DNA of 63,639 nt, filler included, from Pelomyxa schiedti (taxonomy: Eukaryota; Protista; Evosea): the NCBI GenBank assembly GCA_020536535.1. It is 6 parts of 6 records of this genome, joined end to end, with 100 filler letters (N's around TTAATTAATTAA, not from the genome) between each part and the next. Parts side by side here need not be neighbours in the genome. Positions count along the whole stretch, not along the records: positions 1 to 20,183 come from JAHLWZ010000006.1; 5 more parts are not named here. One strand, written 5' to 3'. Position 1 is the stretch's first letter, and each line of letters begins with the position of its first letter. The notes beneath the pieces were generated by a model. It did not search any database. It was not told the DNA's origin and saw only the letters and a program-made list of their open reading frames with translations. This document shows positions 1-11,588 of this stretch, piece by piece. A program made the translations under genes and the position numbers.

Positions 1-957
1 TCATCCTGGTAACACCTGTAGCCTGACCATGTGCAAAAGCGGCCTGCAGTGCATTTCACAACAGCCTTTTGGCATGCGGTTGATTTGTGTTCCTCCAGTT
101 GTCTTGGTGTCACTTTATCACACCCATTCGGGCAGTCTTTGGTGTGTGTTATTCTTGTTGGAAAGTAAAATCAACCTGAGGGGCAATCAAACTTCTTGTG
201 TGAATGATCCCTCAAAAATCTCCTTTGAACAGATTGTTGACATGAATCACAAACTTGGCACATGGCCATGCACTCTGTTCTTTCATGTTCTTCTTGTTGA
301 GGGTGCAACTTTTTGTCCCACATCTCTTCGGGCAGTCTTAACAGCAATATTAAGTTGGATAACTTAAACACAACAGAAAAAAGATAGCACACCAACCTGA
401 TGGGCAGTGTGAAACGTGAAAATCGAGAGAATCCCTTTCGGTGCCTTGGTTGCACGTTGGGCACCGAACCTGAATCGCAGCGAGCTTCAACATAATCCTC
501 TTCGCTGTTACAGGTTTCAATTTTCCGTCACTTATCCTCTCCTCACACACTGGACATGTCACAACCTGTTGATATCGAAAAAAAAAAAAGTGATTACATG
601 GAGACAATGTTGTACAATACACACCGATTCGGAGCAAGCAGAGCACAGCCATGAGCCACAGCACTCGTGGACCACGGGCACGTGCGCAGGTGCGTGGCAC
701 ACACAACACATCCACCTGACGTCACACCTTCCTCCGTTCACTTCATCACAATAGCTGAACGAGGAGCCCCGCTGTTGTGGTGTGTGTGTGTTGGTATGGT
801 ATCGTTGTACTGTACATTCAGCAGTACTGTAATGTGGTTGAGGTACCTTGCGCACTGTAGAAGTGGCGTTGATGGTCGTGGTTCCTACCAGTTTGTTTTC
901 TCTGAAGAGTGATGGGCGAAACCAGTCTGTTGATTTATCTCTGAGAATGGGTCCCAT
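1..957 (-). CDS. RING finger + TRAF-type zinc finger protein (spliced; 3' end beyond window; apparent frameshift near 310-314)
   Basis: Spliced minus-strand translation: WMCCVCHAPAHVPVVHECCGSWLCSACSES|VVTCPVCEE (RING-like), then CPTCNQ..HVSHCPS|DCPKRCG..HERTEC and DCPNGCDKVTPRQLEEHKSTAC (TRAF-type fingers); GT-AG introns. Confidence 0.75.
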
Positions 958-1330
958 TATAGTGTGGTGCCATCGCGTGCTTGTTGCCGCTTTTTCTTTT
1001 TTTTTAACTTGTTAACTCGGCACTACTGCTGCCACAGTTGCTGTGATTATAATCAGGTGCTGCTATTCCATAGCAAGTTAGAATAGAGTGTATGCGTAGC
1101 TACTGAATTTTCTACCGACGCAAAGGGTACAGTGGCCAGCCACAATTATAAGTACAGAGTACATTGTTCTAATACGATTCAGAAAATAAAAAAGATGCCC
1201 AAGAACATAAAGTAAAAAGTGGGGGACTTAAAGGACTTTGCCTTCCCGTTTTATTATGAGTTTGTTAATTCCATTTAGACTCACCACATTCACGAGCAGG
1301 AAGGCTCTGGCTGACAATAATGGAAAATCT

Positions 1331-2100
1331 TCAGATGCATTTGCACAAATCAATCACCTCCTCAAGAGAGTAAGAAAATGAGATGGATTCCGGCTTTTTC
1401 CAGTTATCAACTTGCTTGTGCAATTCTGTGCACTGGTCCTGACAAGCAGCCCATCGCCGGTATAGACTTACATACTCTTCTGTATCTGCAGCGGAAATCA
1501 TGTGCTGATCCTTAAGTTTCAAGAAGAGTAAGTTACAATTGGAGAGTACAAAAGGATTGGATACCTTGATTGGCCAGGAGAGCTCCACTTTCTGTGCGGT
1601 TAAGTTTGCCCTCAAACTCTCTAGAGTTGGCCTGATTGTTTGCATTGTGGGACCATCATCTTCATCAATAACAATAACTGCATCATTAGGACGATTGTGA
1701 GGATCACGTATAGCTGTGAGCCTGCCCATATCTCCACTCAGCAGTGCCTGTGTGTAAGTTAAAAAAAAGGATGACAATAGTGCGGTCACATAACTGACAT
1801 CAAATCAAAAATGCCAACACAGAGAGTAGATGGAGTGGTTTTTTGGCTTGTTTTTTGTTTGGGATGTAATATTATAATAAGGAATGTTTAAATGAGTGCA
1901 GAAATAACACCAAGACCAACCTGAAGCTGGGTCTTCAGATTGTTAAGTGCAACATCGTTGGTTCTTGCTGTGTCTTCCATTTTGTGTACTTCCACAAAGT
2001 ACACGAACTTGGCCTTGCTCGCGAGGCTCTGAAGTCCTGGCGGACTTTAGTGGGATGATTGGAGAGACTGAGGACTGAGCCGAATCTGGACTATTACCAG
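1331..2100 (-). CDS. Hypothetical spliced protein (boundaries uncertain)
   Basis: Exon-like segments SPPGLQSLASKAKFVYFVEVHKMED..KTQLQ| and |ALLSGDMGRLTAIRDP..SWPIK| joined by GT-AG introns; no family recognised. Confidence 0.35.
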
Positions 2101-2799
2101 AATGAGACAGCGAAGGTAATGATCAGCGCACAGCGCAGCTGGGCGCACAAATACAGCAACAACAACGTGGCAGGCGGTTTTGATCACATGCACACTTGTC
2201 CGAGAATCCATTTGAACATCGCAGCCTTTTAACCCAATCGCACAACCGCTCTGTGAGATTTTACACACTCCCTTTTTATCCCCTTTACACAACAACAACA
2301 AGAACAAACAAGAGAACCCTTTATTCTCTTCACTCTCACTCGTTTTCTTCCTCTGTGGGACTTATTCTCAAGCCCACAGAAGCTAACAAATTCGTCCAAC
2401 TCTCTCATTGCTCTGTTGAGATCTTCCAGAGACCCGTACTTTGCCGATTCCTGTGCTAAAAGTGCTTGTAGCTTCAACTCCTTCCAAGATGTGCACTCGC
2501 CTTGCAATGTGAATCTGAGATTCCAGTTCTGGTTCAGTGGTGACATCATAATTCGCTGACTTCCTCATCTTTGTGCACAAACAACACCATCATTCAAACA
2601 ACACCTCCTTCTCTTCCCCTTTGCCTCTTTTTCTGTGCCCTTCCTTTTCTCTTTCCTCTTTCTTTCCACTTTCTTTCCCTCTTTCCCTCTTTCCTCTTTC
2701 TTTTTCTGCATTCTAGAAGAATTTGACTAGCCTCATTTGTGTTCTGTATTGCAACATTGAGGCACCCTCTCATACCTGTTTGAAAGTTTGCAATGTTGT

Positions 2800-3009
2800 T
2801 CCCTCTTGTTCACCTCCTTGATTTGCTGCTGTCTTCCCTTCTTTTATTGCTCCAGGTTCAATAGCAGGTGCATCCCCATGCTGCAGTGCCTGTGTACACT
2901 CTTTCTTTTTAACTTACCAATTTGCCACAGGCACTGCAGCATGGGGATACACCTGCTATGGAACCTGCAAAAGAAGCAGGCAGCAAATCAAGGAGGTGAA
3001 CAAGAGGGA
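2800..3009. repeat. Long inverted repeat (fold-back), ~210 nt
   Basis: Inner arms 2853-2894 / 2926-2967 (42 bp, 2 mismatches, 31-nt loop); outer arms 2800-2829 / 2980-3009 (30 bp, perfect). Confidence 0.9.
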
Positions 3010-3431
3010 TGATGATGATGATGGTGAGTGGCCACAGGCTTAGAGGTGTCTTTGCTTAGTTCCCCTCCATGCTGGTGGTCAACCCCAGCAGAGGTGGCCA
3101 CCTCAGCAACCATGCCAGTATTCCAAAACAACGTCTTTCACTCATCCTGATGTTGGCGGGGTGTTGTTGTGTGCGGATTGTCAACAACGGGAAGTCGGTA
3201 TATGATGTGTCGGATCCCATCATCCATTCCCACACAGTCCTTGGGAAATTTTTAGAAAACTCCAAATTGGCGACAAAGTTGATTGTAACACCCCCTCTTG
3301 CTCTGTAAAAAGCACACAACAACACAGTCGCGTTTTCCCGTCCCGACGTTGGGTTGGTTCATGACTGGGGGAAAAAAGTAAGTTCGAATACTCAGAAAAT
3401 GGAAGATCTTCTCAGTAAGGGGGAGCTCACC

Positions 3432-5969
3432 TCACCAGCAAACACAAAACTGGTCGGGGATGTTGGCCTGTGAACACGTTCTGTTTGTGGGAATCCTGTG
3501 TGAAATGACGCTCTTGGTGCACACCGGGCAGTCTGACAGCTGCCTTGAGGGTGCTGCAACACCTGCAATGTCCAGTATCGTACCAAACACATCTGTTTGT
3601 ACTGTGAGGTTGTGGTGCGGAAAATGTTTTATTATGAGGTTGCTTACTGTGGGGTGTTATGAGCGCCTGTTCGTTTTCTCTGCATTCTAATGAGCAGGAG
3701 GCAAAAGGGAAGAAGGAGGAGAACTACGCACTCGAGTGGAATTTTCACTCCCGGCGCACTTCGTTGCTGTTGCAGCCACCAGTTGGGAAGCACCAGGAAC
3801 AGTGCCGGCAGTCTGTTCTCCAATTTGGAGGAGAAGGCACCAAGTGTCCAAGGAATTCCCATGTGCGACCCGTGGTCCGAAACAAGCACAACTGCCGTGG
3901 TGTTGAGGTCGAGTGATGAGAGAAAGCTGTGCAAGCCCTCATCGACCGCGGTGACTACCATCCCACTAGGTTCATGTGCCTCCGTGAGCTGCGAAATTGA
4001 GTTGGTAACTCATAATCAAGGAAGGATTCACACACCTTCAGGAGAAGGAACTTCGGGCAATCACGGTAGGTATTCATAAACAATGTTGCGTACTCCATAG
4101 CCCACATGTGAACTGGTTTTCCAAAAAGACACCGCCGCTGAAAGCTCCAGGGCCCGAAAAACGGATTGAAAGTTTCGCCGTCCGTTGTTGTGCTTCCAAT
4201 GTATTCCGGCAAGCACCAGATAGAATTCAACCTGTGGTCCGGAAAGGTAGACCGCGAAAGATACCTGGTTGCAGTGTTTTAATGTGATACCGATTTCTAG
4301 AAAGAGGCACTTACTTTGCAGACCACTCCATACAACTGTTGTCAACGATCCCAGTCACAAACTTGGGCTTGACCAACTCCCACAAGGTCAAAAAGTCCTT
4401 CTTGGGTTTACTGTGCCCAGTGAACATCGCAACACCATTCAATTTGGTTGTTTGGCCCAAAGCATGATAGCGAAGAAATTGAGCCACGTGCGCTTCTTCG
4501 TCACTTTCTATTTTCTCCAGCAGGCGCGTAGTTTTGGGCAGTTTTCTCAGCCAGCCTGCTCTTGAAAGAGCATCGATAAAGATAACCACAATGTTCGGAA
4601 CAGAGTGTTGCTGGTGCTCAGCTATTTGATATTTCTTCACACGGTCTACGGCTGAGGGATTTCTTGGGCAATGTAAAAGTAGATTCTTGCTACTTCCGCA
4701 AGTAATCACTGCGGCATCGGTGGTGAGAGTAAACGCTGGTGTACAGTTATGATTGGTTATCCTGGATTGAACATAATCCATCATGTGACTTCCGGTATCT
4801 CCCTCGAGGCGCGGCAGCAACGCGTACTCGTAGGGTGTTGAACTGCACGTTGAGGTTACAAATCCAGTGCTGTGGTTGATGTAAGAAAACTGAGGCTCTG
4901 TCGGGCATCCACGAAGCGCCCAGACTGAGAATAAAGAACCAACGGTCCCCTGTTACTTTTTTTAATGAAAATGAAATAAGCCCTCGGAGAGTTACCTCCC
5001 AAAGGAGATCCCTAAAGAGTGTTATGAGCTTTGCTTTCTTGCAGTAGTTGCACTCTTACCATGAAATCCATGGAGAAGGCAAAGAACATCCCTGTTTTTT
5101 TTAAATATGAGAACGCACTCTTGAGAGTAATTGATACCGGAAATGCAAATTGAATCCTCGAAGTAAAAATGCCTTCACCCCATGTGTAATTAGCTGTCTT
5201 GAACAACAAAAACAGCAAAAGAATTGTCAGAGAAAATACACCCAAAAGATTGCACCTGGTTATAGTTGGTCTAATCTCTGAAAAAATTCTTAGTGCAGCC
5301 GATACCTGGGCCTGCATTTCTTTTTATCGTAGAAGCACATGAAAGTTGACATAAAAATAGAGGAGAGGAATAAGACGGCGATGAACCCCAGGGCATTGAA
5401 TGCTCCATGCTTCTATTTGAGGGGTAAACATTTTGAGACGGAAACAGAGAGAAACGGTGATACCTCAACGGTGGCACCATGGTCGGAAAACAATAAAGTG
5501 ACAGTGAGGTTGAGGATGCACCAGCATGACATGATAGATGACTTCCATCCACTCAGGCACACGTAGGACAACAAAAATGCCGCATCAAATAATAAGCATG
5601 ACCACACAACAAGCCATTTCATTCGGTGCATGTTCTTCATCATCCATTCTTCCTTATTTGAGTGAGTGAGAATAAACGGAACCACAGAGTACCGCCTAGC
5701 CTGGACACACCTCATTCTGTTGGTCGCCCCCAGCCAGTGACTCCACTGTTATATATAAAGAAAGTCAGAAAAATGTCTTTGCCCACAAGAGAGAGATTGG
5801 CACCCAACGCACCATAGAGAAACTGAGCCACAACGGGCAACACGAAGCACACAACCATCAGCATGAACACAGTGTTAATCGGTTGTCTCCTTCGGCTGTC
5901 GATTTTTGACCCGTCGCAGCACCGGCAACAGCCCTCCCGTTCCTCGCATTGTTGTTGTTGCGTCTCCAT
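3432..5969 (-). CDS. Membrane protein with N-terminal multi-TM region and DUF229 (alkaline phosphatase/sulfatase superfamily) domain, multi-exon
   Basis: Motifs NIVVIFIDALSR, AVVLVSDHGSHMG, KLENRLPALFLVLP, ENEQALITPH and C-terminal RTCSQANIPDQFCVCW*. Upstream hydrophobic exons (from METQQQ, ATG 5969) join in frame through GT-AG introns. Confidence 0.75.
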
Positions 5970-7367
5970 TTCGACAGCCCTCAAGCGACAACACAACAGC
6001 GTTCTTCCCCCCGCGATTACTTCCTGAACGCGTGTCCTCTTTTCTTGTAAGGACTTGTTTTTTTATTTTTTATGTGTTTTCGTCTCGGGTAGTGATGGGT
6101 GCAGTGATGTGTGCAGGTAAATGCTGTAATACTTATTTTTTTCCCTTTTTTTTGTTTTTTTGTTCGTTTTCAACAGGTGTGTCAGTGCTTGCCTTTTTTT
6201 GGGGTCTTGTTTTAGAATAGAATTTCAGAGGTAAATGTGTGGGAGATACCTGGTTGTTGGTAGTAACCATAGGGCTGTGGTGTGTATGACGTATATATTT
6301 GTCCTGGTTGTTGTGGTTGCATTGGTGGTGGTGGAGTCATTCCAGTTGGTTGTGGCTGTTTGGTTGTGTAATTAACAATTAGTAGTGGTACTAGGATGCG
6401 GTATGTTTTGTNNNNNNNNNNNNNNNNNNNNNNNNNNNNNNNNNNNNNNNNNNNNNNNNNNNNNNNNNNNNNNNNNNNNNNNNNNNNNNNNNNNNNNNNN
6501 NNNNNNNNNNNGCACACGTAGGACAACAAAAATGCCGCATCAAATAATAAGCATGACCACACAACAAGCCATTTCATTCGGTGCATGTTCTTCATCATCC
6601 ATTCTTCCTTATTTGAGTGAGTGAGAATAAACAGAACCACAGAGTACCGCCTAGCCTGGACACACCTCATTCTGTTGGTCGCCGCCAGCCAGTGACTCCA
6701 CTGATATATATATATATATAAAGAAAGTCAGAAAAATGTCTTTGCCCACAAGAGAGAGATTTGCACCCAACGCACCATAGAGAAACTGAGCCACAACGGG
6801 CAACACGAAGCACACAACCATCAGCATGAACACAGTGTTAATCGGTTGTCTCCTTCGGCTGTAGATTTTTGACCCGTCGCCGCACCGGGAACAGCCCTCC
6901 CGTTCCTCGCATTGTTGTTGTGGCGTCTCCATTTCGACAGCCCTCAAGCGACAACACAACAGCGTTCTTCCCCCCGCGATTACTTCCTGAACGTACGCGT
7001 GTCCTCTTTTCTTGTAAGTACTTGTTTTTTTTATTTTTTATGTGTTTTCGTCTCGGGTAGTGATGGGTGCAGGTAAATGCTGTAATACTTGTTTTTTTTT
7101 CCCCTTTTTTTGTTTTTTTTTCGTTTTCCACATGTGTGTCAGTGCTTGCCTTTTTTTGTGGTCTTGTTTTAGAATAGAATTTAAGAGGTAAATGTGTGGG
7201 AGATACCTGGTTGTTGGTAGTAACCATAGGGCTGTGGTGTGTATGATGTATATATTTGTCCTGGTTGTTGTGGTTGCATTGGTGGTGGTGGAGTCATTCC
7301 AGTTGGTTGTGGCTGTTTGGTTGTGTAATTAACAATTAGTAGTGGTACTAGGATGCGGTATGTTTTG
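5556..7367. repeat. ~850-bp near-identical direct duplication (5556-6411 vs 6512-7367) across a 100-N gap
   Basis: The same sequence (ALIX 3' end + DUF229 gene 5' end) lies on both sides of N 6412-6511, with scattered SNPs/indels; probably two haplotypes scaffolded in tandem. Confidence 0.8.
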
Positions 7368-10300
7368 TAAAGCGGAGAAGGAGGGAAGAATTCAGTACTC
7401 TACCTGGTAGAAACCACCTGTTGGGGGTTGGTATGTGTAAGTTTGTGGTGGCGGGGGAACTTCCGGAAGTTAGTGGTCTGAAATAACTAGGGTTTTGTAG
7501 CTCACCTCTTTGTGGCGCTCCGGGAGTTGGCAATGGCTTGTTTGGTACTGTTGATGGCGGGCCTGTTCGAGGCGTGGTTAGATTGCTGGAGTGATAGAAA
7601 ACTGGCTGGTACCGGGCAGGGCATATAATTGCTGTTGTGGCATCGGCTGCGGTTGAGCTGAATAGCTTGATGCCGAGGCTGCTATTTGCCTGTACAAATG
7701 ATTATTAATCGGGAAGAGACTTCCGGGTTGTACATTTTAACGTCATTGAGTTCAGTTCTTCGGGCAAGAGCGAAGTCATCGCACTCAGTTTTAAATCGGC
7801 GGAGTAAGTCCTGGAAAGTAGTGTGGAACTATCTGGTGTGTAAGAGTAAAAAAAAATGCCCAGCGGATCTAATACCTGAATTCCTTCTCTGTGTTAAAGA
7901 TGAGTGGAAGAAAAGATACAAAAATAGACAACTTCAAGTTGGCTTTCAGTTCAGTGTATGCCTGAAACGAGGCAGAAATTTGCTGCAGTACTTCTTCCCG
8001 TTTTCCAGAGGATTGTGCAGACGATTGCTTTGCGGCAGAGAATTTGCCATTGTCATCCTACGGTACATCATTAGTAGGCCGCGACACACTTGTATTGGGG
8101 CTACTACATGGAGTTTTTTGAGGAGTGGATCTTGAGCTGCGTACTCCTTCTGTAATGCCGCAACAAATGTCTGATATTTCTTTAGTTCTTGGGTAAATAT
8201 CTCTTCCGGGTTGGCAGACTTATTTGCAAGTAATATTGCTGTTATGTCGTCCTAAAGAAATGATGAATGCAATGGCTGGCAAACAGCAACTCTGGGGATA
8301 CCCGCAATGAAGTCTCAAGCAGCTGCTTCCTCAAGGTAGTCCGCTCAGTAAGCATGGCGTCAATGGCGGAAAGGTCAGCCACGAGAGCACCAACAATAGG
8401 ACTTGATATAAGTTGGCTTTGAGTGGATGGTGGGATAAAGCTCAGCAATTGCGACTTACAAAGAAGATACGTTAGTCTTCACATTTGAAAAGTGCTCATT
8501 CTTACTTCTGCGCCACAGAGTAGATCAATGATTGGCTTGTGAGCCTCCCATTTTTTTGCAATAAATTGATCCGATTTGGCAGAGTGCTTGAGTTTCGGTG
8601 AGCTCAACAATCTTTTTGTTTAATGTGATAGATCTACCTCCCAGTTTCCTCTGTACTTCATTCCATCTTGCCTCAGACGAACCGTGAGGGTATGAGATGG
8701 AGTCCTAACGAAAAGTGATTTGTATAAATCTTTCAGCTTGGAGACAACCAAGTGTATACCTTATCCATCTTGGTCCAAATTGTGCCCGATGAGTATTATC
8801 CTCTTCCTCTTCAGCATCTAGTGCCTAAAAAGCATGATCCTTAGGTGGGGTCACAAAAGTAAGTACACACATGAAGAGCAGCGCCCAATAGTTCGCCATT
8901 GGCATGCCCCATTTGTTGGAGAACAGCAATGTTCTGTGGTATTACAGTGGAAGCATTCTGGGGAACGATAAGAAGAAAGGAAATGTGTAAAAATGAGAAT
9001 GAGATACCTCAGAAACTACTATTCTACGTTTATCAACAACAGCTTGTGGCATACCTGTTGGTGACTGCAGAGCTTCAATGGCCCCTGGTTGACCAAGTGC
9101 TTGAAGTGTGCTGTGTTTCCGTTATTGTAGCCGCTTCATTTCTTTTGAATAAATACTTTTTCACGATCTCTGTCTTGGCGTCAATCTCTTTCACCATAGT
9201 GCTCACTGCTTGATCTTTGCGATCCTAGATTTGTGATTAGTAGAACCCAATCACATCCACCAGCCACACTCTATAAGCTACAACGTGCTGACGAACGGAA
9301 AACGGCACAATCCTAATAAATGGGTCCTCAGTTTTAGGGAGTTCAAATGGAGGGATATTGGCCACAAGGGACTTTCCAGCTGGTAGGAGCTATTAAGATA
9401 AGAAAACAGAGCTCTCTTGCCAAACCTATCGGTGAAAGGGAGGAGGGTGCTGGTGGTGGGTCATGGTAAATAGAGTTGTTGTCTTTCACAGCTCCTTGGT
9501 ATTTGGGACAAATTCTCTAAGTGGTGTTACGTGTGGGAGTGGGAGTGGGAGTAAAATTTTAAAGAAAACCATAGCAATGGATTCAACATAGTCTCTCAAT
9601 TCAGGAACTTGTTTTAGCTGCAACAACCATATTAAAAGAAGTACGGGAAAAAGGATGATTAGCGAACCTTTTTACGCGACTCTTCGATGTTTGTGTTAGC
9701 TACGCCCAACCTGGAAACTGCCTCTCCATACTTCATGCGTTCTTCTAGGTCTGGTGCACTTGCCGCATTTGCCTCAGCCCATAAGGTGGCACTCATAATT
9801 TCCGTGTGTAAAATCATGTTCTAGAAAGACTACTGAGAGAACGCCTCTACAATTAACTCGCTCACCCGTGGGATGTAGGCCGCCAAAGAAGGCAACGCCA
9901 TGAAGCGTAATACATTATCATAGTATGTAGCCGCCTGAGAAGCGAGCATGGCTAAAATGGAAGGACTTGAATTTGATTTGAAGGCCTGCCCAAGGAAAAT
10001 TGGATAAAAAAGGAAAAAAATTGAACACACTTTGTCAAAAACACAGAACTGGGCATTTCCTAGCATGAGCTCCTTGAATAGATTAAGAGCATCCACAGTC
10101 AAGTCAATTGTCGAATTCTGGCATTCAGGTTCCATTGCCATTTGCTCCGAAAGTAATTGGAACACGGAAGCAGAAGTCTGAACTGGGTTGGGAAAGCAGC
10201 TTGATTTTTTGTTTACCTTGAAATAGTTGCAAGCATTTTTCGCCCCGTCAGCAGTCGTTCGATTCTGAAGTGTACCGAGCTGACTGAGAACAGCAGCTAC

Positions 10301-10896
10301 ATTGAAAAGAACGCAAGCATACTCAAATTTCGCACTATACACACCTGCTCAAAGTAAGTTTTTGAGTCCCTTGCATCCATTAGAGGTGAAGAACAGCCGT
10401 ACATGCTTTTTTCGTTCTGTAGGCGTCGTACCATGCAAACTGTAGTCGTACCTAGAAAAACTATTAACGGAAAAATGGCATAACCCAACGTCCTACATTA
10501 TTTTCACTTATTGGAAACCTCATATCTAAGTGCTGCACCAGCGAGGCGTACCTAGTGGTGTGAGATGAAACCAAGCCAACTGCAGGCAATTACTTTAGAT
10601 ACAGGTCTTTGGTTGCATCGTTCTTGTCTTGTGCCAATCGAACCTCTTCTCTGAGTTGGGCCAAATTTTCAATATGTGCATTGTGCTCAGTCCCGCACCT
10701 ACATTAATTTCAACAGGGGAAAAATAACCCCAAAAGTAAACTAAAACACATTCAGCTGTGGAAGAAAACAAAACACAAAAACAAATGCAACACACACACA
10801 CCTCTCATCGTAGTTCTGATTGAGATACCGTACCAACACACGTTGCAGGTCCCCAACCTTGTCCGTTCTCTTACGTTCAACACCACACAGTTGCAT
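7140..10896 (-). CDS. PDCD6IP: ALIX / Bro1-domain ESCRT adaptor (Bro1 + V domain + Pro-rich tail), multi-exon; 3' end approximate
   Basis: Start MQLCGVERKRTDKVGDLQRVLVRYLNQNY; Bro1 motifs FEYACVLFNVAAVLSQLG..AKNACNYFK and KDNNSIYHD; Pro/Gln/Tyr-rich C-terminus. Confidence 0.85.
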
Positions 10897-11588
10897 TTAC
10901 GACCAACTCCAATCGATGCTTCTTCTACGTCACTACACACTTACAGTGAGAAGAGGAAAACCAATCAAAAAAGTGACCGACCGTAGCACCACGTGTGGTG
11001 GTTGTCACTTCAAACTGTTTTTTGTTGTTTTCTGATGTGAGACCAAGTTGGCCCCTAATGTTGGTCCTCTTAGTACATGGGGATCTATTCGGAGTAACAA
11101 CGCGTTGTGAGGATGCCCTCAGGACTGGGGAGTGATGGCAGGAGACTGTGAGATCCCTTGATGTCGAATCTGCAATGGAACTTCATTCCATTAAGGGAGT
11201 GATCAGCTATTTTTAACGTGAGTGCACTTTTCGCCTGTCATCACGACTTTTTCTGTTTCGTTTTTCACTTTTCCACAACAACAAACCAACCGACACAACG
11301 ACGTGCCGCACGAAGCGACGATACGAAACGACGTTAACGCGAAAAACCAAAACGAAAGTGCTGAAAAATNNNNNNNNNNNNNNNNNNNNNNNNNNNNNNN
11401 NNNNNNNNNNNNNNNNNNNNNNNNNNNNNNNNNNNNNNNNNNNNNNNNNNNNNNNNNNNNNNNNNNNNNTTTTCTGTTTCGTTTTTCACTTTTCCACAAC
11501 AACAAACCAACCGACACAACGACGTGCCGCACGAAGCGACGATACGAAACGACGTTAACGCGAAAAACCAAAACGAAAGTGCTGAAAA

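Noticed and set aside
5556-7367. Apparent tandem gene duplication
   Set aside because: Centred on an N gap and containing only gene ends; most simply two haplotypes.
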